From the NCBI GenBank assembly GCA_039680575.1, contig JBDKSP010000001.1:1-29341 (forward strand): a stretch of DNA of 29,341 nt, read 5' to 3'. The DNA comes from Armatimonadota bacterium (GTDB lineage: Bacteria; Armatimonadota; UBA5829; DTLH01). Below, one piece after another: positions 16,954 to 26,056 of the stretch. Numbering within the stretch: position 1 is the first letter of the stretch; each line of letters opens with the position of its first letter. Under the pieces are notes generated by a model. It had not been told where the DNA came from, did not search any database, and saw only the letters and a list, made by a program, of their open reading frames with translations. The position numbers and the translations under genes are program-made.

Positions 16954-18303
16954 TTAAACTATAGCTCCCTGTTCCCTCAGTGTTTTGAGAAGTAAACCGG
17001 TATTCAGGTTTCCCACGCTCACATTCTCACGGGTTGAGAGCGTGGCAGCGGTCCCTGCGGCTTGTCCGGTCGCGGCGCAGCACGGGATTATCCGAATTGC
17101 TCCATGACCGGCCTGCGTGCTGGATACGCACCTTCCGGCCACCAGAAGAGATTCGACTCCAAGCGGGATAAGGCATCTGTATGGGATTTCATACCAGTCT
17201 CCCGGAGGAGGCAAGACCGGCTTTACGGCCATTTCCTCGTCCTTGGTATAACCTTCGCCTTTGCCTGAGTGGACATCCACAGGGTAAGCAAGCCGGGCTA
17301 TCGCATCTTCGAACTTTCTGGCTTCAGCTACATCCTCCCCGCTGAATACATATCTGCCGGTAATCCGCCGGGTTTCCCTCACTCCGATCTGTGAGGCTAC
17401 TCGCAGCAGGTACGAAGACTCGAATCCCGGAACATGCTTTTTAACGAACCGCATCAATGCTGCTGCCTGCCTTCGCCCTTCTATCTCAGCTCTTGTCAGG
17501 TCATCCGCATTAGTGCCGTTGACGCCTCCGACATGAGTCGTATTGAAGACGACCTCTCCAGGCCGCGGACGGCTGATATAGAATAACAGGTCGCCGGGTA
17601 GAGGATACTCTCCCCGCTTTCTGGCATCAGCTACGAGGTCGTAGTATCCCGCAACCGAGATGATGCCTCTCGCAAGTTCTTCGATGTCGCTGTCAGGCGG
17701 CAGCATGGGGAACCTGAACTGGTCAGGATGATCCTTAACGTAAGTAAGCGCGCGAAGCTGGTCAAATCCTCCGACATCGAACATCATTGTCATCGCCTGC
17801 GGAACGCCGTCAGGTCCGCCTGTTTCAAACGGAGCTCCCGCGAAAGCTGCAACATCACCATCTCCTGTAGCGTCGACTGTACAGCCGGCCTGGTGTGTGC
17901 GATCACCGGATTTATTTGTTATTTTTAATCCCTTTACGGAGTTACCGTCCATAACGACACCGGAGACCCAAGAATGCAGCAGTAATTCAACTCCTGCTTC
18001 GATAGCCATCTCCTGCAGGACGAATTTCATCGCTTCTGAATCGAAAGTATTCTCCCTGATGCCGCCTATCTCGGCAAGCTTCGCACGTATAGCGCTGTAG
18101 ATCCCTCCAATGAGCGGATGTCTCGTGGAGGTACAGTGGGTCATGAACGGGTTTACGAGCCCGGCCGTAGCAAGGCCTCCGAGAAACCCATAACGTTCGA
18201 TGAGGAGCGTTTTCGCGCCCAGTCCGGCGGATGCAACCGCAGCGGAAAACCCTGCGATTCCTCCGCCTGCAACTATCGTGTCGTAACTAATCTGAGTAGG
18301 CAT
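16954..18303 (-). CDS. FAD-dependent oxidoreductase (FAD_oxidored family)
   Basis: VAGGGIAG...LIERYGFLGGLATAG, VDATGDGD, GVRETRRI, YEIPYRCL, LLVAGRCVS, ATGQAAGTAA. Confidence 0.88.
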   Translation of the reverse strand: MPTQISYDTIVAGGGIAGFSAAVASAGLGAKTLLIERYGFLGGLATAGLVNPFMTHCTSTRHPLIGGIYSAIRAKLAEIGGIRENTFDSEAMKFVLQEMAIEAGVELLLHSWVSGVVMDGNSVKGLKITNKSGDRTHQAGCTVDATGDGDVAAFAGAPFETGGPDGVPQAMTMMFDVGGFDQLRALTYVKDHPDQFRFPMLPPDSDIEELARGIISVAGYYDLVADARKRGEYPLPGDLLFYISRPRPGEVVFNTTHVGGVNGTNADDLTRAEIEGRRQAAALMRFVKKHVPGFESSYLLRVASQIGVRETRRITGRYVFSGEDVAEARKFEDAIARLAYPVDVHSGKGEGYTKDEEMAVKPVLPPPGDWYEIPYRCLIPLGVESLLVAGRCVSSTQAGHGAIRIIPCCAATGQAAGTAATLSTRENVSVGNLNTGLLLKTLREQGAIV

Positions 18304-18341
18304 ATCAATTGTCTATTATGCTACGAGTCGAGCAGGAAATC

Positions 18342-18379
18342 AAATAAAAAATGAGCCCGCTGAAAACAACGGACTCATT
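18342..18379 (-). terminator. Rho-independent terminator of the DUF1559 gene
   Basis: Minus strand AATGAGTCCGTTG-tttt-CAGCGGGCTCATT plus U tract; its G-U pairs work only on the minus strand. Confidence 0.75.
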
Positions 18380-18408
18380 CCTATTTGATTATATTCAATC
18401 AGATCAAT

Positions 18409-19230
18409 TTACTGAAGGTTGTCACCATACTTCTGTGGGTTCCAAGCTCCTTCAGCGGACCAAACATATGTGCCATCTGGAACAGCAGTGGGATCATAGT
18501 AGCAGTGATTATAGAAATACGGTTCGCCAGCGGCGGTTCCTGATGGAGGCCAAGGCGCAGGCGTTGTAGCAGGAGCAGTATTGCTGTTTACAATTCTCTT
18601 AGGCGCTACGTGGCCATCCATAAACGCACAGTTGATGGTAGTAGAGTTGGAGAGACCCTTATTAGTATCACTCCAGTGCCAGCCATTGTGCTCATAGAAG
18701 ACAATCTGGTTGGCCGGGAATGCAAAATCCCCATCCTTGCGGCAAACTATTGTGCCTCTCGGACCGCCGAACCATGCCAGGTCGGTCGAAGCCTTCCAGA
18801 AGTAAGATACTGTAGCATCAGAATTATCAGACCTGGCTGGGTCTGATGGACACCAGATGATATCCTTGTTCTTCAGGTGCGAGTAAAGAAGTGTCGCCCA
18901 TGAAGCATGTTTCGGATAAGCAGCAGATCCTACGGAACCTCTCTTGGATGCGAAAAAGGTGAAAGCTGTCTGGTCGAAAGCGGTATTCGGCGCTGCCGGG
19001 TCCGTAACGTTTAACGCCGAACTCGGCATCATCGCTTCGTAGTCACCCTGGTAAAGCTGAACAGCTACACCAAGCTCTTTCATATTACTCTGGCACGAGG
19101 CTTTCCTCGCTGCCTCTCTAGCTCGTGCAAATACCGGGAAGAGGATGGCTGCGAGTATAGCAATGATCGCGATAACGACCAGCAACTCGATCAGCGTAAA
19201 TCCGTTTTTCCTTCGGTTAATAGCTAGCAT
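18409..19230 (-). CDS. DUF1559 / prepilin-type N-terminal cleavage-methylation protein
   Basis: [67 protein letters not shown]. Confidence 0.92.
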   Translation of the reverse strand: MLAINRRKNGFTLIELLVVIAIIAILAAILFPVFARAREAARKASCQSNMKELGVAVQLYQGDYEAMMPSSALNVTDPAAPNTAFDQTAFTFFASKRGSVGSAAYPKHASWATLLYSHLKNKDIIWCPSDPARSDNSDATVSYFWKASTDLAWFGGPRGTIVCRKDGDFAFPANQIVFYEHNGWHWSDTNKGLSNSTTINCAFMDGHVAPKRIVNSNTAPATTPAPWPPSGTAAGEPYFYNHCYYDPTAVPDGTYVWSAEGAWNPQKYGDNLQ

Positions 19231-19545
19231 TGAACTACCTCCCTTGAATTTGTGTATACGCCAGTGCGTTAGAAATATCGCTTGACGGTTGGCAGCATTT
19301 CCGATATCAAAGCCGCTTCAGAAGTTCCTAGCTAGGGAATCCTCTCTCATTGAAGACGACATTTGCAATATTCGGTATGCCGTGAAGTCGGTTTTAATAT
19401 AATGTTTGCTGCACAATAGCCTGGCGAATCTTAAAATGGATAAATGAGTCAGCGCAACTGCTTGATTCGCTGGCCTCACCTCCTCTGCCGGACTGACCGG
19501 CGTATTACCGCACAATCGCTTGTATTGCCATTGGCTTCAGATCCG

Positions 19546-19557
19546 TGTAGCGCTACA
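19546..19557. promoter_or_regulatory. Putative LacI-family operator
   Basis: Perfect palindrome TGTAGCGCTACA (AGCGCT core) just downstream of the predicted minus-strand promoter. Confidence 0.5.
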
Positions 19558-19589
19558 TGCAGACCAAACCGTGCGGAACATACGCTTGC

Positions 19590-19618
19590 ATGCTAACATG
19601 CCCGACAGTTCGTGTCAA
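19590..19618 (-). promoter_or_regulatory. Putative sigma70 promoter for the DUF1559 gene
   Basis: Minus strand TTGACA-N17-TAGCAT with TGn extended -10. Confidence 0.6.
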
Positions 19619-19720
19619 CATAAAATTCTCCATTATATGGAGAATGTTAGCTACACCCCTCTCGGATTTATTGACTGGAGAAATGACGGGAATGTTCCCA
19701 AAAATTTTCGGCTGTGGTAA

Positions 19721-21424
19721 TCATTGTTTATCGCTTTCGGCAAACTGCCATAAGACCCATCTTCCAGCCGTGGATTTCCGGCGAAGAGTGCAGCCCAGAG
19801 AAGGAATATCGACGCTTCTTTCCGCAAGGATATAGCCTCTTTCAGCCTGCGATATCTCTCGTTCAAGCACCTCCGGCTCGTTCGGTTTGTCAGTGCTGTC
19901 AATCTCGATTACACGGTCCGCGCGGCCAGTGACGAAAAGCAGGCTGGGGCGCCGCCGTTCGAAATGGTAGACGATCAGTTTCTCGCCGCGTTCAAGCGCC
20001 GGTATGGTCTTTCCGGCAAGCGTGTGCAGCGGATCTATGTTGTAGCCGCTCCATGCCGGCAGCCCGATACCTCCTGCAAGCATGGCAAAAACCGCACCTG
20101 TCAGAGCGCCCGCGGTTATTATCTGAGGGACAACTTTCCGCCGCAGGACTATGAACACCGTACCGCATAGAAAAAGAATGCCCGTAGAAAGAGCGAACGG
20201 ATACATGACAACCAGCGCGTCGGCCACAGTTGACGGTACCGGCTTACCGCCCAGTGTAATGCTTGCCTGAGATTGCAACAGCTTACCCAACACTCCAGCC
20301 GACGTAAATATCCCGCCGAGGAGCATTCCTCCGATCACTGCCAGCACACACTCAAGCCGCGCCAGACTTTTGGTTTTTTCGTCCAGAAGCCTCCGTGCCG
20401 CAAGTATCGAAAGAGCAGGAAGCGCCGGCTGTACATAACCCGGTAACTTAGATGCGCTTATCGAGAAGAACCCTATTACAACCGCTGCCCAGATCGCCCA
20501 CATAGTCCACTCGCCGGTGTCTTTTTCATTCGAACGGCCGGAGCGGATGCCTTGCCACCAGGCGATGGGCATTACGGCGCTCCACGGAAACGCGCCTATA
20601 AGCAGAATGGGGAGATAAAACCAGAAAGGCTGGTTATGTGCGAAGTCTTTGCCCAGAAACCTCGCTATTTGTTGATGCACGATGTATTCATTGATGAACG
20701 CGCTTCCGTTTACCCTCCATAGCGCCAGATGCCACGGCAGGACTATCAGCAGATACAGCCCGATTGCGCCGATCCAGGGGACTCGTTTCAGTTCTCTGAA
20801 GTCGCGCATTATAACCATACGGACAACGAATGCGGCTCCCGGAAGCAGGACACCTATCGTGCCCTTCGTCATTGTGGCGAACCCTGCCGCCGCGGCCATC
20901 AGGATATATCCCCAGCGTTTGCCCCGGTTACCTTCGGTCCACCCGATTACCGAAAGAGTGAACCACAGTGTGAGCAAGCTATCGGTTATTGCCTGGCGGG
21001 ACAGGCCGATTGTGAGAGTGGAAAAAGCAAATACTACCGCTGCGAGCCAGCCGGTCCTTTCCAAACCCCTGCGTCGAGCCCACCACAAAAGAGAGAGAGC
21101 AGTCAGCGCGGCAGCAACTGCGGACGGCAGCCTGACTGCAAACGAAGTCGGTCCAAGCAGTTTGATGGAGCCTGCCTGCAGCCAATAGAGGAGAGGAGGT
21201 TTGTCGAAAAACACCTGTGTCCCGATTTTGGGGATCAGCCAGTCCCCTGAGTCGGCCATTTGCCTTGAAACGGTCGTATAGAGTCCTTCGTCAAGGTCGA
21301 ATACTCCGGCAGCGCCGAGCCCATAGAAGCATCCCAGCCACAATACAACCATCAGAAAGATAATATGCGTAAATCGGGATTTAGCCAGGTTATCTGGTGC
21401 AGGCAGGTATTTTTTCTTCATCAT
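19721..21424 (-). CDS. ArnT-like polyprenyl-phosphate-sugar glycosyltransferase (GT83/PMT_2)
   Basis: DLDEGLY...SRQM..SGDW, FFDKPPLLYW, AVRLPS, TMTKG, LPWH, HNQPFWFY, FPWS, SKLPGYV; polytopic membrane protein. Confidence 0.88.
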   Translation of the reverse strand: MMKKKYLPAPDNLAKSRFTHIIFLMVVLWLGCFYGLGAAGVFDLDEGLYTTVSRQMADSGDWLIPKIGTQVFFDKPPLLYWLQAGSIKLLGPTSFAVRLPSAVAAALTALSLLWWARRRGLERTGWLAAVVFAFSTLTIGLSRQAITDSLLTLWFTLSVIGWTEGNRGKRWGYILMAAAAGFATMTKGTIGVLLPGAAFVVRMVIMRDFRELKRVPWIGAIGLYLLIVLPWHLALWRVNGSAFINEYIVHQQIARFLGKDFAHNQPFWFYLPILLIGAFPWSAVMPIAWWQGIRSGRSNEKDTGEWTMWAIWAAVVIGFFSISASKLPGYVQPALPALSILAARRLLDEKTKSLARLECVLAVIGGMLLGGIFTSAGVLGKLLQSQASITLGGKPVPSTVADALVVMYPFALSTGILFLCGTVFIVLRRKVVPQIITAGALTGAVFAMLAGGIGLPAWSGYNIDPLHTLAGKTIPALERGEKLIVYHFERRRPSLLFVTGRADRVIEIDSTDKPNEPEVLEREISQAERGYILAERSVDIPSLGCTLRRKSTAGRWVLWQFAESDKQ

Positions 21425-21965
21425 GATGCTGTAATGCTACATCATCGACGGGTTTACGTCTAGACTTCGGGTAAAATACGTGTAGATTCGTGGACAGGAT
21501 GCCGAGCACTGCGCCTATAGTGACGTCGAGAGGGAAATGCACGCCGAGATATACCCTTGTGTAAGCCACCATCGCTGCGTAAAGAACGAGCACGCACTGC
21601 AACCACCTGTGTTCTCCCGCAATCAACGCGCCCATGATGGTAAATGCCATAGCGGCATCGGCGGAAGGGAAGGAGTTGCCATGAAGGTCCAGAAGAAGGT
21701 GTATATTGTCTTGGCCCAGCGTCAGCACGGGCCTGTATTGCGGAAAAGTGTTCTTTATAATATGGACTATACTGAGCGAGATGACCAGTCCTATAACAAG
21801 CCGGCGCAGTTTGTAGCGTCTGAATTTATATACCAGTGCCAAGAGGGGTATGAGGAACACGCCGTGCCCTGCCCACCGGAAAACCTCAAAAAACGTATCG
21901 AGCGCCGGGCAGTGATGCGAGTTGATCAGGTAGAATAACTTCAGGTTTAGCGGATTTAACTCCAT
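21390..21965 (-). CDS. PAP2 family membrane phosphatase (lipid A or undecaprenyl-PP phosphatase-like)
   Basis: C1 KNTFPQYRP, C2 SFPSAD (variant), C3 TRVYLGVHFPLD; AAAGGAG RBS; overlaps the ArnT-like gene. Confidence 0.88.
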   Translation of the reverse strand: MELNPLNLKLFYLINSHHCPALDTFFEVFRWAGHGVFLIPLLALVYKFRRYKLRRLVIGLVISLSIVHIIKNTFPQYRPVLTLGQDNIHLLLDLHGNSFPSADAAMAFTIMGALIAGEHRWLQCVLVLYAAMVAYTRVYLGVHFPLDVTIGAVLGILSTNLHVFYPKSRRKPVDDVALQHHDEEKIPACTR

Positions 21966-22003
21966 GCGCTGGTGCTGCGAGCTCCTTTGACTTTATCAGC
22001 TTA

Positions 22004-22033
22004 AGTTTAAGCTCTCCCTCTTTCCTCTGTCAA
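22004..22033 (-). promoter_or_regulatory. Putative promoter for PAP2-ArnT
   Basis: Minus strand TTGACA-N18-TAAACT. Confidence 0.55.
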
Positions 22034-22066
22034 CACAACGCACAACCGGTCGGCGAAAGTGACAGG

Positions 22067-22095
22067 TTGACCCTCATCATTTGTTCTGGGATAAT
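22067..22095 (+). promoter_or_regulatory. Putative promoter for the LptD-like gene
   Basis: TTGACC-N17-GATAAT with TGn extension. Confidence 0.55.
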
Positions 22096-22112
22096 CAAAG
22101 TAGAGGAAATAT

Positions 22113-23465
22113 ATGCGTTTCTGGCTCATACTCTTAACTCTGGTGCTGCCATGCGGTGCATGGGCGCAAGCCGCCGAACCTGTGAAAACTGAAGAACCTA
22201 TTTCCATAGAAGCTCGTGTGATAGAGACCACGCCGCCGTCCGTACGGGCGGAAGGCGATGTCGTATTCCGGCAGGGACAAAAGCTGCTTCTGGCTGATGA
22301 AGTCCATTACAACTATGAGGAACGCACGGGGCTTCTTACCCACGCGACATTTACAACCTGCGACGAAGAGCACATGCACTACAAGATCACCGCGAGAGAG
22401 ATTCTGCTGACTCCCGATCAGCGGCTTCGGGCGCGCCGGGTCCGAATCTTCCTCGGAAGCATTCGGTTGATCAGCCTGCCGAGCCTTGCCATCAATGTTG
22501 GGCGTGGAGAAGCGCGCCAGACGATCATCCCTCGTCCGGGTTACAATAATAAGGACGGGTTTTTCCTGGCATCGAACTATTCGCTTATAGATACCAACAG
22601 TCAGTATCTGGACCTTATTCTTCGGCTGACAAGTAAAAACGGCGTTCAGGGTGGCCTTATGTCGAGCCATATCCTGGCGGGCACTGCATCGGAAGCGCCT
22701 GAATACACCCCTGATGTCGACTCAGAGCTGCGGCGTGGATCGATGCTGATGCCCCGCACTCAGGAAAATATATGTGAGTTTTCGAAAGACAGCCGGAAAC
22801 AACGCCTGCTGTCTGTATTCGGCGGAGTCCTTATTCGTGAGAGGACATACGATATAGATAAAAAAGACCTTCTTGTGTCACGGCTTCCGGAGATCGGCAT
22901 ACAATATACGAGCCCACAACTCTGCATAGTCAAGGAAGATGAGCAGCCGATATTAGGAGCGCACTACGAGGCTCGCGCAGCATGGGGCAATTACAAGGAA
23001 TATTCTGATGGCGAGAGGGCCGATAGAGTGGACGTACGCGGGGCAGCTTCGACGACACTTGCAACATATGGTCACTCTACGGCGCTCAGACTTGGCGGAC
23101 TTGCACGCTACTCACACTACGATACCGGCGACTCCTACCGGGCAATCGGTGGAGCGCTCGACGTGAGCCGAATATTTCATGGCGGGTCGTATGCATCAGT
23201 CAGGTTTCTCGCCCATGGCACTTCCGGCTCGACTCCGTTTGAGTTTGACGATATAGATATCAAGCGTGAACTTCAAGCTGCAGGAAGATACGTTTTGGGA
23301 AGAAATACTTACAGCCTTCTTCTCGATTACGACCTTGAGGATCACTCACTCCGCAACTGGGAGTTTTCAATCTCGCGGAAAATGCACTGTCTCGAGCCCG
23401 GGATAAGCTGGCGAAACGATTACGATCAGATTTCATTCACGATGCGCGTGCTGGGACTCAATTAA
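22113..23465 (+). CDS. LptD/OstA-like outer membrane protein (short form)
   Basis: Signal peptide (AWA-Q); RAEGDVVF...LLADEVHYN, ATFTTCD...HYKITAREI, IIPRPGYNNKDGFF; alternating beta-strand pattern and RKMHCLE near the C-terminus. Confidence 0.72.
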   Translation: MRFWLILLTLVLPCGAWAQAAEPVKTEEPISIEARVIETTPPSVRAEGDVVFRQGQKLLLADEVHYNYEERTGLLTHATFTTCDEEHMHYKITAREILLTPDQRLRARRVRIFLGSIRLISLPSLAINVGRGEARQTIIPRPGYNNKDGFFLASNYSLIDTNSQYLDLILRLTSKNGVQGGLMSSHILAGTASEAPEYTPDVDSELRRGSMLMPRTQENICEFSKDSRKQRLLSVFGGVLIRERTYDIDKKDLLVSRLPEIGIQYTSPQLCIVKEDEQPILGAHYEARAAWGNYKEYSDGERADRVDVRGAASTTLATYGHSTALRLGGLARYSHYDTGDSYRAIGGALDVSRIFHGGSYASVRFLAHGTSGSTPFEFDDIDIKRELQAAGRYVLGRNTYSLLLDYDLEDHSLRNWEFSISRKMHCLEPGISWRNDYDQISFTMRVLGLN

Positions 23466-23711
23466 CACCTGCCCATAGGATACCAGTCATCCCAGCCTTT
23501 ATTTTCTACGAGCAATACAGGCTGAAATGACATACTACTATCATTTGGGAGGAATCAGCCCACCGTGCGGCGTAGTATCTATAATGGTATTAAAGATTTT
23601 AGTATATCGGAGCATGGCGCTCCGATATACTTGAATAAAAACATGAAAAATGGATGTATGAGGCTTCTACAATTGCCTGATTCATCCTTTCTTCCTTAAT
23701 CGGAGGCAGTC

Positions 23712-25052
23712 TTGGCAACAGTAATGACCCTTCCCCTCCTGGGGCAAACAATGGAAGAGGGAACAATCACAAAATGGCTGAAGAGTGAAGGCGATGTCCT
23801 GGAAAAAGGCGAGCCGCTCCTTGAAGTCATGACCGACAAAGCTAACATGGAGGTGGAATCGCCCGCCTCAGGTATACTTCGCAAGATAGTCGCTCAGGAA
23901 GGCGAGATAGTCCCTGTAAAGGACGTAATAGCGATTATCGGAACCGCCGACGAGCTTATCGACGGTTTGATTTCGAAGTCTTCTGCTCCGGCTGCAAGCG
24001 AGAAATCCGCTGTTTCGGTCGTAGAGAAACCTTCCAAAGAGGTCGTGTCAACAATCGTGTCGACGGTCAGTGCAGACCGCGTGCTGGCATCTCCGAGAGC
24101 GAAGACAGCCGCTAAAAAGTTCGGTGTGGATATAACACTTCTCGCAGGCAAGGGGACCGGAATAGACGGTAAGGTCGTCGAGCAGGATGTCATCGTTTTT
24201 GCACAGAATATGCCTGCTCCGTTAAGGGCAACGAGCCTTGCGGGCAAAGTCGCGGCAGACATGGGCGTGGATCTGGTATCAATACCCGGCTCCGGGCCGA
24301 AAGGCAAGATCACGAAGGGCGATGTGCTTCGGGCTGTAACCGTCAAACCCACAAGGCCGTCCATCGCCAGGACCATACCGATGGCCGGAATACGAAAGAT
24401 CATTGCGGAGAATATTTCCGCGAGTGTCCGCACAGCGCCGCACGTCACCCTCACTGCCGCAGTGGATATGACAGCCTGTATGGAAATGCGGACACAGCTC
24501 CTGCCTGAATTCGAGAAGCGCTACGGTGTTCGGCTGACTGTCACTGGGCTCATCGTGAAGGCCGCGGCACTCGCAATTCTCGATCATCCGATAATCAACT
24601 CGTCGCTCGCGGAGGATAAGATTGTCATCCATGATGAAATCAACATCGGGGTCGCAGCTGCAATCGACGGCGGACTGGTAGTCCCGGTCGTGAGAGATTG
24701 TGATGCAAAATCTCTCCAGGAAATCTCAAAAGATATCAAGAGTCTGTCCACCAAGGCTAAAACCGGAACACTTACGATGGACGAGATGCATGGAGGGACG
24801 TTTACAGTTTCCAACCTGGCAACATTCGGGGTAGAACAGTTCAACCCGATCATCAACCCGCCGGAAAGCGCGATACTTGGAGTCTGCAAGACAATTGAGA
24901 AGCCCGCAGTAGTCGATGGCAAGATAGAGGTAAGAAAGATGATGAACTTATGCCTGTCATTCGACCACAGGGTTATGGACGGCGCTCCGGCAGGTGATTA
25001 CCTGACAAGAGTAAAAGAACTTCTGGAATCTCCGTATCTGTTGCTGGTATAG
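23712..25052 (+). CDS. Dihydrolipoamide acyltransferase (E2 of a 2-oxoacid or acetoin dehydrogenase complex)
   Basis: Lipoyl domain LGQTMEEG...EVMTDKANMEV, two E3-binding domains, TFTVSNL, PIINPPE, FDHRVMDG; GGAGG RBS and TTG start. Confidence 0.93.
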   Translation: MATVMTLPLLGQTMEEGTITKWLKSEGDVLEKGEPLLEVMTDKANMEVESPASGILRKIVAQEGEIVPVKDVIAIIGTADELIDGLISKSSAPAASEKSAVSVVEKPSKEVVSTIVSTVSADRVLASPRAKTAAKKFGVDITLLAGKGTGIDGKVVEQDVIVFAQNMPAPLRATSLAGKVAADMGVDLVSIPGSGPKGKITKGDVLRAVTVKPTRPSIARTIPMAGIRKIIAENISASVRTAPHVTLTAAVDMTACMEMRTQLLPEFEKRYGVRLTVTGLIVKAAALAILDHPIINSSLAEDKIVIHDEINIGVAAAIDGGLVVPVVRDCDAKSLQEISKDIKSLSTKAKTGTLTMDEMHGGTFTVSNLATFGVEQFNPIINPPESAILGVCKTIEKPAVVDGKIEVRKMMNLCLSFDHRVMDGAPAGDYLTRVKELLESPYLLLV

Positions 25053-25058
25053 TCGGAT

Positions 25059-25820
25059 ATGGCAGTAGAACGAGCGCTCTTTTCCCGGTGTGACCTTCAT
25101 GTTCACACGTTCCTTTCACCGTGCGGCTGGGATGAAATGACGCCGGAGGCGATCATCCAGGCGGCCGAGAAGATGGGGATGGAGTATATTTCAATAACGG
25201 ACCACATGCACCCGTCGATCAGTCCGGCTATAGTATATCAGCTCCGCGAGGAGTTCAGCCGGATAGATACGAAAGTGCGGATATATATCTGTTGCGAGGC
25301 GGATATTCTGTCCGTCGGAGAGAGTGTAATCGGTCCCGAGCTTATCGCCGGGACCGATTATATAATGGCCGCAGCAAACCATTTTGGCGCCCCGTGGGTG
25401 AGTAAGCCAAAAAGCAACAGCAGGCGTGACGTAGCCAGGCATCTTCTGGATATGTTCACCTACGCCGCCGGTCTCCCGCATGTAAGTGTCATCGCCCACC
25501 CGCTTTACGTAATGCCGGATACTTATGACCCGCTTTCCCCCGCAGAGCTTACGGAGGCGGAGCTCATTCCCGCAATCGAGACCGCCGCGAAGAACAATGT
25601 GGCGGTAGAGATCAGCCGCAGGGCTCTCGCACCTGAGCAAAAGCCGTTTCTAGTGTCATTCTACAGGCTCTGCAAAGAAGCGGGACTGAAGTTTTCAATC
25701 GGGAACGACGCACACCAGATAAAAGATGTGGGACAGACTCACCTCGTGGAGCCGATTGTGCGCGAGTTGGGGTTGACGGATGAGGACATCTGGCTGCCTT
25801 GCAGCATAACGTCATGCTGA
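25059..25820 (+). CDS. PHP domain metallohydrolase (histidinol-phosphatase/YcdX-like)
   Basis: DLHVHTFLS, ISITDH, CEAD, IAHP, AVEI, IGNDAH. Confidence 0.85.
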   Translation: MAVERALFSRCDLHVHTFLSPCGWDEMTPEAIIQAAEKMGMEYISITDHMHPSISPAIVYQLREEFSRIDTKVRIYICCEADILSVGESVIGPELIAGTDYIMAAANHFGAPWVSKPKSNSRRDVARHLLDMFTYAAGLPHVSVIAHPLYVMPDTYDPLSPAELTEAELIPAIETAAKNNVAVEISRRALAPEQKPFLVSFYRLCKEAGLKFSIGNDAHQIKDVGQTHLVEPIVRELGLTDEDIWLPCSITSC

Positions 25821-25958
25821 GCTTGGCTAATCTGTCATGCTGAGCTGCCACAACGTCATTCCGAGCTTGACTCGGAATCCAGGAAGAAAAATGGACCCTG
25901 AATCTATGGGTTTTCGGCTATAGCCGAAAATCTTCCGGGGAGAGTTTCAGGGTGACGT
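25811..25958 (-). repeat. Inverted copy of the composite REP/MITE repeat
   Basis: Reverse complement GTCACCCTGAAACTCTCCCCGGAAGATTTTCGGCTATAGCCGAAAACCCATAGATTCAGGGTCCA...GGATTCCGAGTCAAGCTCGGAATGAC matches 1-146. Confidence 0.88.
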
Positions 25959-26056
25959 GTTTGTATGCTTCGAGTTTGTGGGCTTTGGGACGAAAAGCTT
26001 CCGACCTCTACGAGGTCGATGGCCGCCACGCTGACGGCTGAAAACTGATAGCTTTT

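Noticed and set aside
19318..19515. 65-aa ORF in the DUF1559 leader
   Set aside because: The strong SD lies inside the frame rather than upstream of a start codon; no protein features.
25985..26035. c-di-GMP-I riboswitch-like GGGACGAAAAGC plus hairpin
   Set aside because: Lacks the upstream GGCAAA/GNRA P2 arm and lies between convergent 3' ends with no gene to control.
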